Assembly (NCBI RefSeq): GCF_963921235.1 | Contig: NC_086101.1 | Location: forward strand, 3,908,001 to 3,972,000 | Reading direction: 5' to 3' | Source: Mobula hypostoma | Lineage: Eukaryota | DNA: 64,000 nucleotides | Shown here: positions 1-11,869 of the stretch, piece after piece | Numbering within the stretch: position 1 is the first letter of the stretch | Layout: every line of letters begins with the position of its first letter | The notes under the pieces: generated by a model | Seen by the model: the letters and a program-made list of their open reading frames with translations, nothing else | Database searches by the model: none | What the model was told of the DNA's origin: nothing | Made by a program: the position numbers and the translations under genes

Positions 1-630
1 AATGTGTGGCCACTGGGAGATCCTGCTTTCTCCGGCGGACAGAGCGTTGGCCACACAGTTTAATTCCACGTCCCATTCCCATTCTGATATGTCTGTCCAC
101 GGCCTCCTCTACTGTCAAGATGAAACTACACTCAGGCTGGAGGAACAACACCTTATATTCCGTCTGGATAGCCTCCAACCTGATGGCATGAACATTGACA
201 TCTCTAACTTCTGTTAATGCCCCTCCTCCCATTCTTACCCCCATTCCTCATTAATTTATTTATTATTTATTTTTTCCCCTTTCTTTCTCCCTTTTCTCCC
301 TCTGTCCACCTCACAATCACTCCTTGCCTGCTCTCCATCTTCCTCTGGCACTCCCCTCCCGCTTTCTTTCTCCCTTGGCCTCCCGTCCCATGATCCACAC
401 CCTTCTCCAGCCTTCTATCCCTTTTGCCAATCAACCTTCCAGCTCTTAGCTCTATTCCTCTCCCTCCTGTCTTCTCCTATCATTTCGGATCTCCCCCTCC
501 CCCTTTCAAATCTCTCACTATCTCTTCTTTCAGTTCGTGTTGACGAAGGGTCTCGGCCCATAATGTCGCCTGTACCTCTTCCTATGGATGCTGTCTGGCC
601 TGCTGCGTTCCACCAGCATTTTGTGTGTAT
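1..630 (+). mobile_element. Penelope-like element 3' remnant (GIY-YIG C-terminus + UTR)
   Basis: FNSTSHSHSDMSVHGLLYC...RLEEQHLIFRLDSLQPDGMNID, then pyrimidine-rich UTR and decayed hammerhead-like motif. Confidence 0.75.
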
Positions 631-639
631 TACTAACAT

Positions 640-1145
640 CGCAGAGGGTTCAGAGAAGATTCAGGAGAATGATTGCAGGAATGAAAGGGTTATCGTATGA
701 GGACCAACTGGCAGCTCCTGGGCGGTGTTCTCTGTCGTTCAGGAGAATGGGGCGGGGGGGGATCTCATAGAACCATTCCAAATTTTAAAAGACCCGAACA
801 GATCAGATATAACAAAGTTACTTCCCGTGATAGGGGCGTCTCGGACAAGAGGGCACGACTTCAGGATTGAAGGACGTCAATTTTGAACAGAGATGCAGAG
901 AAATTACTTTAGTCAGAGGGTGGTAAATCTGTGGAGTTTGTTGCCATTAGCGGCTGTGGAGGCCAAGTCATTGGGTGCATTTAAGGCAGAGATAGATAGG
1001 TTCTTGATTAGCCAGGGCATCAAAGGGTATGGGGAGAAGGCAGGGGAGTGGGGACGACTGGAAGAATTGGATCAGCCGATAATTGAGGGCGGAGCAGACT
1101 CGATGGGCCGAATGGCCGACTGCTCCTCTGTCTTGTGGTTTTGAG
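640..1145 (+). mobile_element. CR1 LINE 3' fragment
   Basis: RVQRRF...GMKGLSYE...TRGH...FSQRVVNLW motifs and CR1-type 3' UTR. Confidence 0.8.
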
Positions 1146-1554
1146 ATACACTCAGCATTTCAGGAACAGCTTCGTCCACTCCGCCATCAGATTTCTGAAT
1201 GGACAATGAACCCAGCAACACTTCCTCAGTATTTTCCCTCACTTTCTGCACGACTTTTAAAATTTATTTTAATTTTATTGTAATTTATATTTTTATTACT
1301 ATGTATTGCAATGTACTGCTGCCACAAAACAACAAATTTCACCACATATGCTGGAAATATCAATGCTGATTCTGATACACAAACCACACAGCTGGGCTCA
1401 GGCTCCCACATACTCCGCTTTGTGTCTCTCTGCGTACTCTGTGGCTGTCGGTCTGAAGCTCCAACTGTTCCAACACCTGCCCTTTCAATTCATGTCTGAG
1501 GGGGTTGTATCTGTTCACTGTTTGAGTCCTATATTAAACAGACAGCATTGACTG

Positions 1555-2115
1555 GGAAGGAGGGTTTGAATACAAGAATACAGATCTCCTCTGAAGTTAT
1601 TTGAGGTCCTGGTGAGAGCGGACATGGAACACTGTGCACAGGTCTGGTCTCCCTCCCAGAGTCAGCCTGCGGGATGAAGGGAATGAAAAAGTTTCCCAGA
1701 TTGATTTGGGGGTGAGTTCGTGTCCTCAGAGAGATTATCCTGACTGGGACTGTCTGAGAATTAGAGAAATGAGAAGTGGTCTCACTGGCACAGACACAGT
1801 CTCACAGAATATTGACAGGTTAGAGGTAGGAGTGATGTTCCCCCTGTGGGTGTGGAACTAGGGGTCAGAGACTCAAAATAAGAGATCACCTCAGCAGGAC
1901 TGAGATGAAGAGAAATTTTCTCACCTTGAGTGCGATGAATCCTTAGAAGTTTCTCCACGAGGTATCTAAATTCAAAAGGTAAATTCAGTGGCTCAGCGAG
2001 GATGGGAAGTTTGGAGGAAAGAGGCACTGAGGTCAAAGATCAGCCATGCTCCGAGTGAAAGGCTGAGCTGGCGCAAGGGGCCGAATAGCCACGCCTGCTC
2101 CTGTTTCTTATTTTC
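1555..2115 (+). mobile_element. Degraded CR1 3' fragment
   Basis: Decayed ORF2 C-terminal motifs and 3' hairpin/tail. Confidence 0.6.
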
Positions 2116-2129
2116 TAAAACACGAATTT

Positions 2130-2550
2130 AGCTTTGTGTCTCGTTCACCCTTGCCGTCAGTCTGTCGGATTGCACAGGAGAGAGGTCAGAGCACCGGAGA
2201 CCCATCAGCAGCCGCTGCGGCGCAGCTCCGGTCTCCCAGCAGCAGGAAGCGGGTTTCGGGGGCAGCTGCAGATAACAGTCCCCGATCCCCCGGGGAGAAA
2301 GGCCGGGCACCGTCCGTGTAGCTGAACCATCTCATGCAATCCCCGCCAGTTTCTTCATCTCCGCAATCGGAAGGATTCAAAACCCCGGCCGGTGTCGCAG
2401 CTTTGCCCGAGGAGCGACTCCCGATCTCTGGCCTCGCCACCGGTCCAGTCGCTCCCGGTTCCAAACACCGGACCGCCTTACTGACACTGGGCGGGGCTGA
2501 CCGCAGCCAATGAGAGCCGGCTTCTCCCAGCAGTGCTCGCTGATTGGCTA
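2130..2550. promoter_or_regulatory. CpG-rich putative promoter/first exon of an unidentified gene
   Basis: High CpG density, GC box GGGCGGGG 2489-2496, CCAAT 2507-2511 and ATTGG 2543-2547; not recognisably repeat-derived. Confidence 0.45.
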
Positions 2551-2679
2551 TGAGTGTGGCTGAGAACGATGTTCTCCGAAACTCAGAAGCTCGAAGTACA
2601 TTTTATCTTCAGAGTATTGCGCACGCCAAGTGTTAAGGCGTCGGGTCCAGTGATCTGAATGGTCGCTAGTTCGAGCCTC

Positions 2680-2904
2680 AACTACAGTGACATTTCCCTC
2701 TTCCTTCTCCCCGGGCCTCCTGTCCCATGTTCCTCTCGTATCCCACTTGCCAATCACCCGTCCAGCTCTTGGCTCCATTCCCTCCCCCTCCCGCCTTCTC
2801 CCATCATTTTGGATCACCCCCTCCCCCTCCCACTTTCAAATCTCTTACTAGCTCTTCCTTGAGTTAGTCCTCACGAAGGGTCTCGGCCTGAAACGTCGAC
2901 TGTA
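2680..2904 (+). mobile_element. Penelope UTR remnant, left half (right half at 7132-7190), split by a CR1 insertion
   Basis: ...gaaacgtcgactgtac and ctcttcctagagatgctgcc join to give the sequence seen uninterrupted at 31106-31140. Confidence 0.75.
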
Positions 2905-5900
2905 CATAGAACATAGAACATCCAACATAGAATAGTACAGCACAGTACAGGCCCTTCGGCCCACAAAGTTGTGCCGACCCTCAAACCCTGCCTCCCATAT
3001 AAGCCCCCACCTTAGATTCCTCCATATACCTGTCTGGTAGTCTCTTAAACTTCACTAGTGTATCTGCCTCCACCACTGACTCAGGCAGTGCATTCCACGC
3101 ACCAACCACTCTCTGAGTAAAAAACCTTCCTCTAATATCCCCCTTGAACTTCCCACCCCTTACCTTAAAGCCATCTCCTCTTGTATTGAGCAGTGGTGCC
3201 CTCGGGAAGAGGCGCTGGCTATTCACTCTATCTATTCCTCTTATTATCTTGTACACCTCTATCATGTCTCCTCTCATCCTCCTTCTCTCCAAAGAGTAAA
3301 GCCCTAGCTCCCTTAATCTCCGATCATAATGCATACTTTCTAAACCAGGCAGCAGCCTGGTAAATCTCCTCTGTACCCTTTCCTATGCTTCCACATCCTT
3401 CCTATAGTGAGCTGACCAGAACTGGACACAATACTCCAAGTGTGGCCAAACCAGAGTTTTATAGAGCTGCATCATTACATCGCGACTCTTAAACTCTATC
3501 CCTCGACTAGTGAAAGCTAACACCCCATAAGCTTTCTTAACTACCCTATCCACCTGTGAGGCAACTTTCAGGGATCTGTGGACATGTACCCCGAGATCCC
3601 TCTGCTCCTCCACACTACCAAGTATCCTGCCATTTACTTTGTACTCTGCATTGGAGTTTCTCCTTCCAAAGTGTACCACCTCACACTTCTCTGGGTTGAA
3701 CTCCATCTGCCACTTCTCAGCCCACTTCTGCATCCTATCAATGTCTCTCTGCAATCTTTGAAAATCCTCTACACTATATACAACACCACCAATCTTTGTG
3801 TCGTCTGCAAACTTGCCAACCCACCCTTCTACCCCCACATCCAGGTCGTTAATAAAAATCACAAAAAGTAGAGGTCCCAGAACAGATCCTTGTGGGACAC
3901 CACTAGTCACAATCCTCCAATCTGAATGTGCTCCCTCCACCATCACCCTCTGACCTCTGCAGGCAAGCCAATTCTGAATCCACCAGGCCAAACTTCGCTG
4001 GATCCCATGCCTTCTAACTTTCTGGATAAGTCTACCGTGTGCAACCTTGTCAAATGCCTTACTAAAATCCATATAGATCACATCCACTGCACTACCGTCA
4101 TCTATATGCCTGGTCACCTCCTCAAAGAACTCTACCAGGTTTGTTAGACATGATCTGCCCTTCACAAAGTCCTGCTGACTGTCCCTGATCAGACCATGAT
4201 TCTCTAAATGCCTATAGATCCTATCTCTAAGAATCTTTTCCAACAGCTTTCTCACCACAGACGTAAGGCTCACTGGTCTATAATTACCTGGACTATCCCT
4301 ACTTCCTTTTTTGAACAGGGGAATAACATTCACCTCCCTCCAATCCTCTGGTACCATTCCCGTGGACAACGAGGACATAAAGATCCTAGCCAGAGGCTCA
4401 GCAATCTCTTCTCTCGCCTCATGGAGCAGCCTGGGGAATATTCCGTCAGGGCCCGGGGACCTATCTGTCCTAATGTATTTTAACAACTCCAACACCTCCT
4501 CTCCCTTAATATCAGCATGCTCCAGAACATCAACCTCACTCATATTGTCCTCACCATCATCAAGTTCCCTCTCATTGGTGAATACTGAAGAGAAGTATTC
4601 ATTGAGGACCTCGCTCACTTCCACAACCTCCAGGCACATCTTCCCACCTTTATCTCTAATCAGTCCTACCTTCACTCCTGTCATCCTTTTTTTCTTCACA
4701 TAATTGAAGAATGTCTTGGGGTTTTCCTTTACCCTACTCGCCAAGGCCTTCTCATGCCCCCTTCTTGCTCTTCTCAGCCCCTTCTTAAGCTCCATTCTTG
4801 CTTCCCTATATTCCTCAATAGACCCAGCTAATCCTTGCTTCCTAAACCTCATGTATGCTGCCTTCTTCCACCTGACAAGATTTTCCACCTCACTTGTCAC
4901 CCATAGTTCCTTCACCCTACCATTCTTTATCTTCCTCACCGGGACAAATTTATCCCTAACATCCTGCAAGAGATCTCTGAACATCGACCACATGTCCATA
5001 GTACATTTCCCTGCAAAAACATCATCCCAATTCACACCCGCAAGTTCTAGCCTTATTGCCTCATAATTTGCCTTTCCCCAATTAAAGATTTTCCTGTCCT
5101 CTTTGATTCTATCCTTTTCCATGATAATTATAAAGGCCAGGGAGCGGTGGTCACTGTCCCCCAGATGCTCACCCACTGAGAGATCTGTGACCGAACCCGG
5201 TTCATTATGTAATACTAGATCTAGTGTGGCATTCCCCCGGTCGGCCTGTCCACATACTGTGACAGGAATCCATCCTGGACACACTTAACAAATTCTGCCC
5301 CATCTAAACCCTTGGAATTAATCAGGTGCCAATCAATATTAGGGAAGTTAAAGTCACCCATGATAACAACCCTGTTATTTTTGCACCTTTCCAAAATCTG
5401 CCTCCCAATCTGCTCCTCTGTATCTCTGCTGCTACCAGGGGGCCTATAGAATACCCCCAGTAGAGTAACTGCTCCCTTCCTGTTCCTGACTTCCACCCAT
5501 ATTGACTCAAAAGAGGATCCTGCTACATTACCCACCCTTTCTGTAGCTGTAATAGTATCCCTGACCAGTAATGCCACCTCTCCTCCCCTTTTTCCGCCCT
5601 CTCTATCCCTTTTAAAGCACTGAAATCCAGGAATATTGAGAATCCATTCCTGCCCTGGTGCCAGCCAAGTCTCTATAATGGCCACTACATCATAATTCCA
5701 TGTATGTATCCAAGCTCTCAGTTCATCACCTTTGTTCCTGATGCTTCTTGCATTGAGGTAGACACATTTCAGCCCTTCTACCTTACTGTCTTTACACCGT
5801 TTATTCTGCTTCTCTTTCCTCAAAGCCTCTCTATATGTTAGATCTGGCTTTACTCCATGCACTTCTTTCACTGCTCTATCGCTCTGGGTCCCATCCCCCT

Positions 5901-7131
5901 CGCAAATTAGTTTAAACCCTCCCAAACCATGCTAGCAAACCTACCTGCAAGGATATTGCTCCCCCTTGAGTTCATGTGCAACCCATCCAATCTGTACAGG
6001 TCCCACCTTCCCCAGAAGAGATCCCAATGATCTAAAAATCTAAAACCCTGCTCCCTGCACCAAATCCTCCGCCACGCATTCAACTGCCATCTCCTCCAAT
6101 TCTTACCATCACTGTCACGTAGCACTGGCAGCAATCCTGAGAACGCCACCCTTGAGGTCCTGTTCTTCAGCCTTCTGCCTAGTTCCCGAAACTCACACTT
6201 CAGGACCACATCCCTCTTCCTGCCTATGTCGTTGGTACCAACATGTATCACGACTTCTGGTTGCTTTCCCTCTCGTACCAGGATGTCGTGCACCCGGTCA
6301 GAGACATCCTGGACCCTGGCACCCGGGAGGCAACAAACCATGCGGGTGTCCTTTTGACGTCCACAAAATCTCCTGTCTGCTCCCCTGACTATAGAGTCTC
6401 CAATGACGATAGCTCTCCTCTTCTCCGTCCCACCCTTCTGCACCACAGGGTCAGACTCAGTGCCGGAGGCCCTGCCACCGTGGCTCACACCTGGTCGGTC
6501 GTCCCCGACAGCAGTATCCAGGACGGTAAACTTATTATTCACGGGAATGGCTACAGGGGTGCTCTGCACTACCTGTCTGCTCACCTTCGCTTTCCCCCTT
6601 CTGACTGTCACCCAACGACCTGCTTCCGACAGCCTAGATGTGACTACCTCCTTGTAGCTCTCATGTATAACTGCCTCATTCTCCCTCATGAGTCGAAGGT
6701 CATCCAGCTGCTGCTCCAGATTCCTTACACGGTCTTCCAGATCGCCCAGCCGTATGCACTTCTGGCAGATGTGACTCTGCGGGAGAGCGGCGTTCCCCCA
6801 AGACTGCCACATCTCACATGAGAGGCACATCACCGTCTCAGGAGATATTGTAAAAACTAACTGCGAGCTAGCTTGTCCTCCGCCTCTTCTCGTCGAAGCC
6901 TCTCGAGTCAAAGCCTCAACGCTCCACTCCTTCACTGGCCCACTCACACTCTGGCAGTTTCGCTTGAGCTACGCCTCTATTTATCTGTTTGAGCTTTTCA
7001 AAATGTTTGGTCACCTGACCTCGATTGCCCAATCAGCTGCTTTCTGCTGAGTCTGAGCTATTCAAATCTTGATTGTCTAATTAACGGCTTACTGCTGATC
7101 TATTGAAATCTTGTTTGACTTGATTGCACAG
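2905..7131 (-). mobile_element. Near full-length young CR1 LINE (5'UTR, ORF1, ORF2, (TTCTATG)n tail)
   Basis: ORF1 5907-6947; APE endonuclease 5221-5925; RT (QGSVLGP, FADD) 3383-5284; C-terminus 2981-3334; tail 2905-2932; one frameshift near 5235 and one premature stop at 3383. Confidence 0.95.
5907..6947 (-). CDS. CR1 ORF1p (Cys-rich zinc finger, coiled coil, SGNH esterase); true start may be the ATG at MCLSC
   Basis: CLSCEMW...HICQKC, heptad region, VIGDSIVR, HVGTND, DGLH motifs. Confidence 0.85.
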   Translation of the reverse strand: MSGPVKEWSVEALTREASTRRGGGQASSQLVFTISPETVMCLSCEMWQSWGNAALPQSHICQKCIRLGDLEDRVRNLEQQLDDLRLMRENEAVIHESYKEVVTSRLSEAGRWVTVRRGKAKVSRQVVQSTPVAIPVNNKFTVLDTAVGDDRPGVSHGGRASGTESDPVVQKGGTEKRRAIVIGDSIVRGADRRFCGRQKDTRMVCCLPGARVQDVSDRVHDILVREGKQPEVVIHVGTNDIGRKRDVVLKCEFRELGRRLKNRTSRVAFSGLLPVLRDSDGKNWRRWQLNAWRRIWCREQGFRFLDHWDLFWGRWDLYRLDGLHMNSRGSNILAGRFASMVWEGLN

Positions 7132-7189
7132 ACCTCTTCCTAGAGATGCTGCCTGGCCTGCTGCGTTCACCAGCAACTTTGATGTGTGT

Positions 7190-7720
7190 TGGAGTACTGT
7201 GCTCAGTTCTGGTCGCCTCACTACAGGAAGGATGTGGAAACCATAGAAAGGGTGCAGAGGAGATTTTTACAAGGATGTTGCCAGGATTGGGGAGCATGCC
7301 TTATGAAAACAGGTTGAGTGAACTCGGCCTTTTCCACTTGGAGCGATGGAGCATGAGAGGTGACCTTGTGGAGGTGTATAAGATGATGAGAAGCATTCAT
7401 CGTGTGGATAGTCAGAGGCTTTTTCCCAGGGCTGAAATGGCCAGCACGAGAGGGCAGAGTTTTTAGGTGCTTGGAAGTTGATACAGCGGAGATGTCAGGG
7501 GTAAGTTTTTTACTCAGGGAATGCTGAGTACGTGGAATGGGCTGCCGGCAATGGTGGTGGAGGCGGATACAATAGGGTCTTTTAAGAGACTTTTGGATAG
7601 GTACATGGAGCTTAGAAAAATAGAGGGCTATGGGTAAGCCTAGTAATTTCTAAGGCAGGGACATGTTCAGCACAACTTTGTGGGCCTGTATTGTGCTGCA
7701 GGTTTTCTATGTCTCTATCA
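7190..7720 (+). mobile_element. CR1 3' fragment
   Basis: EYCAQFWSP, ERVQRR-like motifs, ttctatg tail. Confidence 0.8.
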
Positions 7721-7899
7721 ATTTCTGATCTTGCTCTACCTGGCTTCACAGAGGTTCTGCTGGTGCTGGTAGATTGGGGGGTGTGGTGCTGACTTCAATT
7801 ATCAGTGACCAACCAACTCCATCAGCACTGACAACACCATTCAGCCCTTCACACACTGAGGGACGGTACCAAAGCCCTTCAGGAGAAGGTGAACCGACA

Positions 7900-8340
7900 G
7901 AAAATTTTCAGTAAGATTGAAAGAGTACAGGGAAACTTACAGGGATGTTGCTGGGACTTGAGGACCTGAGTTATAGGGGGAGGTAAATAGGCTCGGAGTT
8001 TATTCCTTTGAGCGTAGGAAATTGATAGTGGTATACAAAATCACGAGGGTTCTTGATGGGGTAAGTACAAGCAAGCTGTTTCCACTGAGGTTGGGTGAGA
8101 CTCGAACTGGAGGTCATGGGTTAAGGGTGAAAGGTGAAGGTGAGGGGACAGAGGGTGGTGAGAGTGTGGAACGAGCTGCCAGTGGATGCAGGTTTGGTTT
8201 GGACATTTTAGGAAAGTCTGGATAAGCACATGGATGGTCGGGGTATGGAGGGCGATGGTCCAGGTGCTGGTCAGTGGGACGAGGCGGACTGACAGTTCAC
8301 TACAGACCAAAAGGCCTATTTCTGTGGTGTAGGACTCTCT
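7900..8340 (+). mobile_element. Degraded CR1 3' fragment
   Basis: LFPLRLGETRTGGHGLRVKG and CR1 3' UTR. Confidence 0.7.
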
Positions 8341-8484
8341 GACCCAGTGATGGCCCTCAACAGCCCCAAAACGCCGCGGGTTGTGCTGCCCCTGTGTGAT
8401 CTACCTCATTGTGACCTTTGCCCTTTGACTGCCCTGTGGCCGTAACACCACACTCTGCATTCTCTGTCGTTCTGTGACCTCGAA

Positions 8485-9020
8485 GCTTAACCCATTTCAA
8501 TCAGACTTCCCTCATTCCGACCTGCTGGTGCACGGCCTACTCTGCTATGACAACGAAGCCAGGCTCCAGTGGGAGGAGAAACACCTCTGGTGGCTAACAT
8601 ACCGACATCTGGGTGGCCTCCAAACCAATAACGTGAACACTGCTTTCTCCTACGTCCAGTAATTTATCCCTCCTCTCCTTCTTGCCATTCTCCCTTCTAG
8701 TTTCCCTCGCACCCCTTCTCATCCCCTCCCTCTGGTTCCTTGCCTCCTTCCCTTTCTCCTCTAGTCCACTCTTTCCTATCTTCTCCAGCCCTCTACCTCT
8801 TCCATCAATCATCTTTCTTCATTCCACCCCTCCCCTTCCTACTTACACTCCCCCTCACCTGGTCTCACCTGTCACCTGGCCTCACCTGTCACCTGCCAGC
8901 TGGTACTTCTCTCCCCCTCACCCACCCTCTGATTCTGGCCTTCTGCCCGCTTCCTTCCCAGTTCTGGCCCGAAACGTCGACTGTTTATTCCTCTCTGCGG
9001 ATGCTACCTGACTTACTGAG
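8485..9020 (+). mobile_element. Penelope-like 3' remnant
   Basis: HSDLLVHGLLC...EEKHL...LQTNNVN followed by pyrimidine-rich UTR and partial GGCCCGAAACGTCGAC. Confidence 0.7.
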
Positions 9021-9354
9021 TGTCGCTCTCTGTAACTCGGTCCAAGAAGCAATAGCAAACCTACATCCGTCCCTTCGTCAGCGTGGAACAGCACAGGAAC
9101 AGCCCCTTCGGAGCACAATGCTGTGCCAAACCAATTAAATTAGTCATCAAATGACCAACTAAACTAATCCCTTCTGCCTACACACTGTCCATATCCTTCC
9201 ATTCTCCTCACATTCAAGTGCTTATCTAAACTCTGAAAAGTCTCTGATGTGTCTGCCTCTACCACTGCCCCAGGAGCCCACCACTCTCGGTGTAAAAAAA
9301 AACTTACCCCTCACATTATTCTTTCACCTTAAACGCCATTTCATGCCAAGTGTT

Positions 9355-9650
9355 GCCATGTGGCCAAGTGGTTAAGGCGTTTGTCTAGCGATCTGAAGGT
9401 CGCCAGTTCAAGCCTTGGCTGAGGCAGCGTGTTGTGTCGTTGAGCAAGGCACTTAACCACACATTGCTCTGCGAAATGACTGGTGCCAAGCTGTATGGGT
9501 CCTAATGCCCTTCCCTTGGACAACATCGGTCTCATGGAGACTTGCAGCATGGGCAACTGCCGGTCTTCCACACAACTCTCCCTCGGCCTGCGCCCTGGAA
9601 ACCTTCCAATGCGCAAATCCATGGTCTCATGAGACTAATGGATGCCTATA
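9355..9650 (+). mobile_element. tRNA-derived SINE with CORE-like central domain
   Basis: A box TGGCCAAGTGG 9361-9371, B box GTTCAAGCC 9406-9414, then TGTGTCGTTGAGCAAGGCACTTAACC; related head fragment at about 2625-2680. Confidence 0.65.
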
Positions 9651-9699
9651 ACCAAAATGTCACCACATACAACCCTGGGATTTATTTTCCTGCGGCCAT

Positions 9700-10140
9700 A
9701 CCAAATCTATACAATAGTAACTGTAACAGGATCAATGAAAGATCAACCAGTGTGCAGAAAACAACAAACTGTACAAATGTAAATACAAATAAATAAATAA
9801 AGACAGAGAAGGTGAAATGACAAGGTAAAGTGTCTTTAAAGTGCGTGACACTGGTTGGGGGACCATCTCAATGGATGGGCAATTGTGTGTAGTTATCCCC
9901 TATTGTTGGAGATCCTGATCTTTGAGGGCCAGTAACTGTTCTTGAACCTGATGCTGTGAGTCCTGAGGCTCTTGTACCTTCTGCCTGATGGCAGCAGCAA
10001 GAAGAGAGTATGGCCTGGGTGGTGAGGATCTCTGATGCTCGATGCTGCTTTCCTCTGACAGCGTTTCATGTGGACATGCTCAGTGGTTGAGAGGGCTCTC
10101 CCTGTGATGTACTGGGCCGATTCCACTTCCTTTTGTAGGT
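9700..10140 (-). mobile_element. Rex1/Babar-like LINE 3' fragment
   Basis: KAASSIRDPHHPGHTLFLLLPSGRRYKSLRT...RFKNSY. Confidence 0.75.
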
Positions 10141-10149
10141 TCATCACAC

Positions 10150-10982
10150 TCTCGATGTGAACCTTGTGTTAATGAAATGGGTCACATTCATTCAGACCAG
10201 CACCTTTGACCACGGGTCTGTCAGGCAGTGGTCAGCGTGGAATGTCCTGCAGTTACTACAGGACAACGATTGGATGTACCTAGTGTGGTGGTTCCCTGAG
10301 CAGACAGTCCAGACCATCAGCAGATCTCACCATCATTCACCAAGACCTCGCCTGGCTGGTGGTGAGAGGAGACCTCCCAGTCTGATCCTTGCTGCACACC
10401 AGGAGTATCACTCCCTCAGTGCGCTGCCCGGGGTTGATGCAGCAGAGATGAGACGGTCGCTCAGCTCTCTGCGGACTGTGGGCCTGTGAAGAAGATGTGG
10501 AGAAAGATGCAAGAGTCCGTACCACGGCAGCTGAGTGACATTGATCTTCAGGTTGTTCCCAGGACACACAGGAAAACGGAGTGTCCACAGACAGGGGTTC
10601 CTAACCTGGGGTCCACTGACCCCTCGTTAATGGTATTGGTCCATGGTATAAAAAGGGATGGGAACCCCTGCTGTGGAGGAGTGTAGCTGAATGGCACGTT
10701 CCAGGCTGCAGGTGTACATGCTGAGGGACACATTGAAGGGATAAGGTTCCTCTGCTATTCGACAGGGAGAGGCCGGGTTGGGTGAGGAAGTCTCTCTATT
10801 ATTGTAGTACTGAACCACCCCAGGGGCCACATGAGCGACAACAGTCTGATCAGTTTTAATGAATGTAAAAGAACTCTAAGTATTGGATTTACTGTGAATG
10901 TAAATTCATTGGGTAAAGGCATTGCACGGATTATTCTTGATAATATTTTTAAATTGTGAATGAAGTTTATTTCGATAAAAAG
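10150..10982 (+). mobile_element. Degraded Tx1/L1-like LINE 3' end, interrupted by a MITE
   Basis: Decayed C-terminal ORF motifs and AT-rich 3' UTR ending in an A run; family assignment by resemblance only. Confidence 0.45.
10592..10670. mobile_element. About 80-bp hAT-type MITE
   Basis: TIR CAGGGGTTCC...GGAACCCCTG; second diverged copy at 58083-58162. Confidence 0.7.
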
Positions 10983-11869
10983 AATGCAACTTGTGGTCTG
11001 TGTCCAGAATGAGGGAGACCAGGCCTCCCATTGGAACCAGGACAGACATGACTGAAGTCAGGAAGATTCTTCACTTGAAGGGCAGAGGAAAGCAGAACTT
11101 CACTGAAACACTGAATGTTTTCCACCCTGTGACATATAATATCCAGTCCAGCGCTTTAGGTCCTTCCTATCTCAGGGATGAGGCCTCTGGAGATTCAGTT
11201 GGCGTTCCTGTCACACTGTGTTTTTACAGGATGGGGTGGTTAGCCCCATGACCTCATCTTACAGCCAGGCTTGGGCAGTCCATGGCCAACTTTCCGACCT
11301 GTTCAATGTGATTCTGATCCCACCCCGAGGTGGAAACGGCAGTGTTTCCTTCCCACTGAGCTTACGTATAACACCCTGGTTCCAATCTTTACTGCTGTCT
11401 GTAGGTATTTCATTTCAGCAGTTCTATATGAGCAGTCTGTTCTGCTTTCTGGCTTGTTTGGGTTTGAGCTAAGTTAAGGGGCTTTGATGTTCAACTTAGG
11501 AATGTTGCGTCGCCAATAAGGATGGTGGAATTGGGAGAAGGTTCTAGAGAAGATCGGACGAAGAGGTTTATGTGTGGACACTGGTGTGGGTCGACGTCTT
11601 TTTAGTGAGGCCTGGGAGAAGACAGGAGAGAAGCTGGCTGAGGATGCCGTCCAGTTGCACAATGTTGTTTATGGAGTTGAATGACTTCAAGGAGAAAGGA
11701 CCTATACTCCCAGCCTCACGGATTTAGCGGGACTAAGTCATATCTACTCTAGACATACAGAGTGTGGGAAAGGTGATTTTCTCACCTCTGATTCCGGTGG
11801 CTGTTAGCGAGGAGCTCCAGATGCGGCCAGTAAAAGGGGTTTCACATACAACAACATAATGTTCATTCC

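Noticed and set aside
2625..2680. Possible tRNA gene
   Set aside because: Matches the SINE head at 9355; incomplete cloverleaf
3578..5288. Plus-strand ORFs overlapping CR1 ORF2
   Set aside because: Antisense shadows of the LINE reading frame, repeated at each CR1 copy
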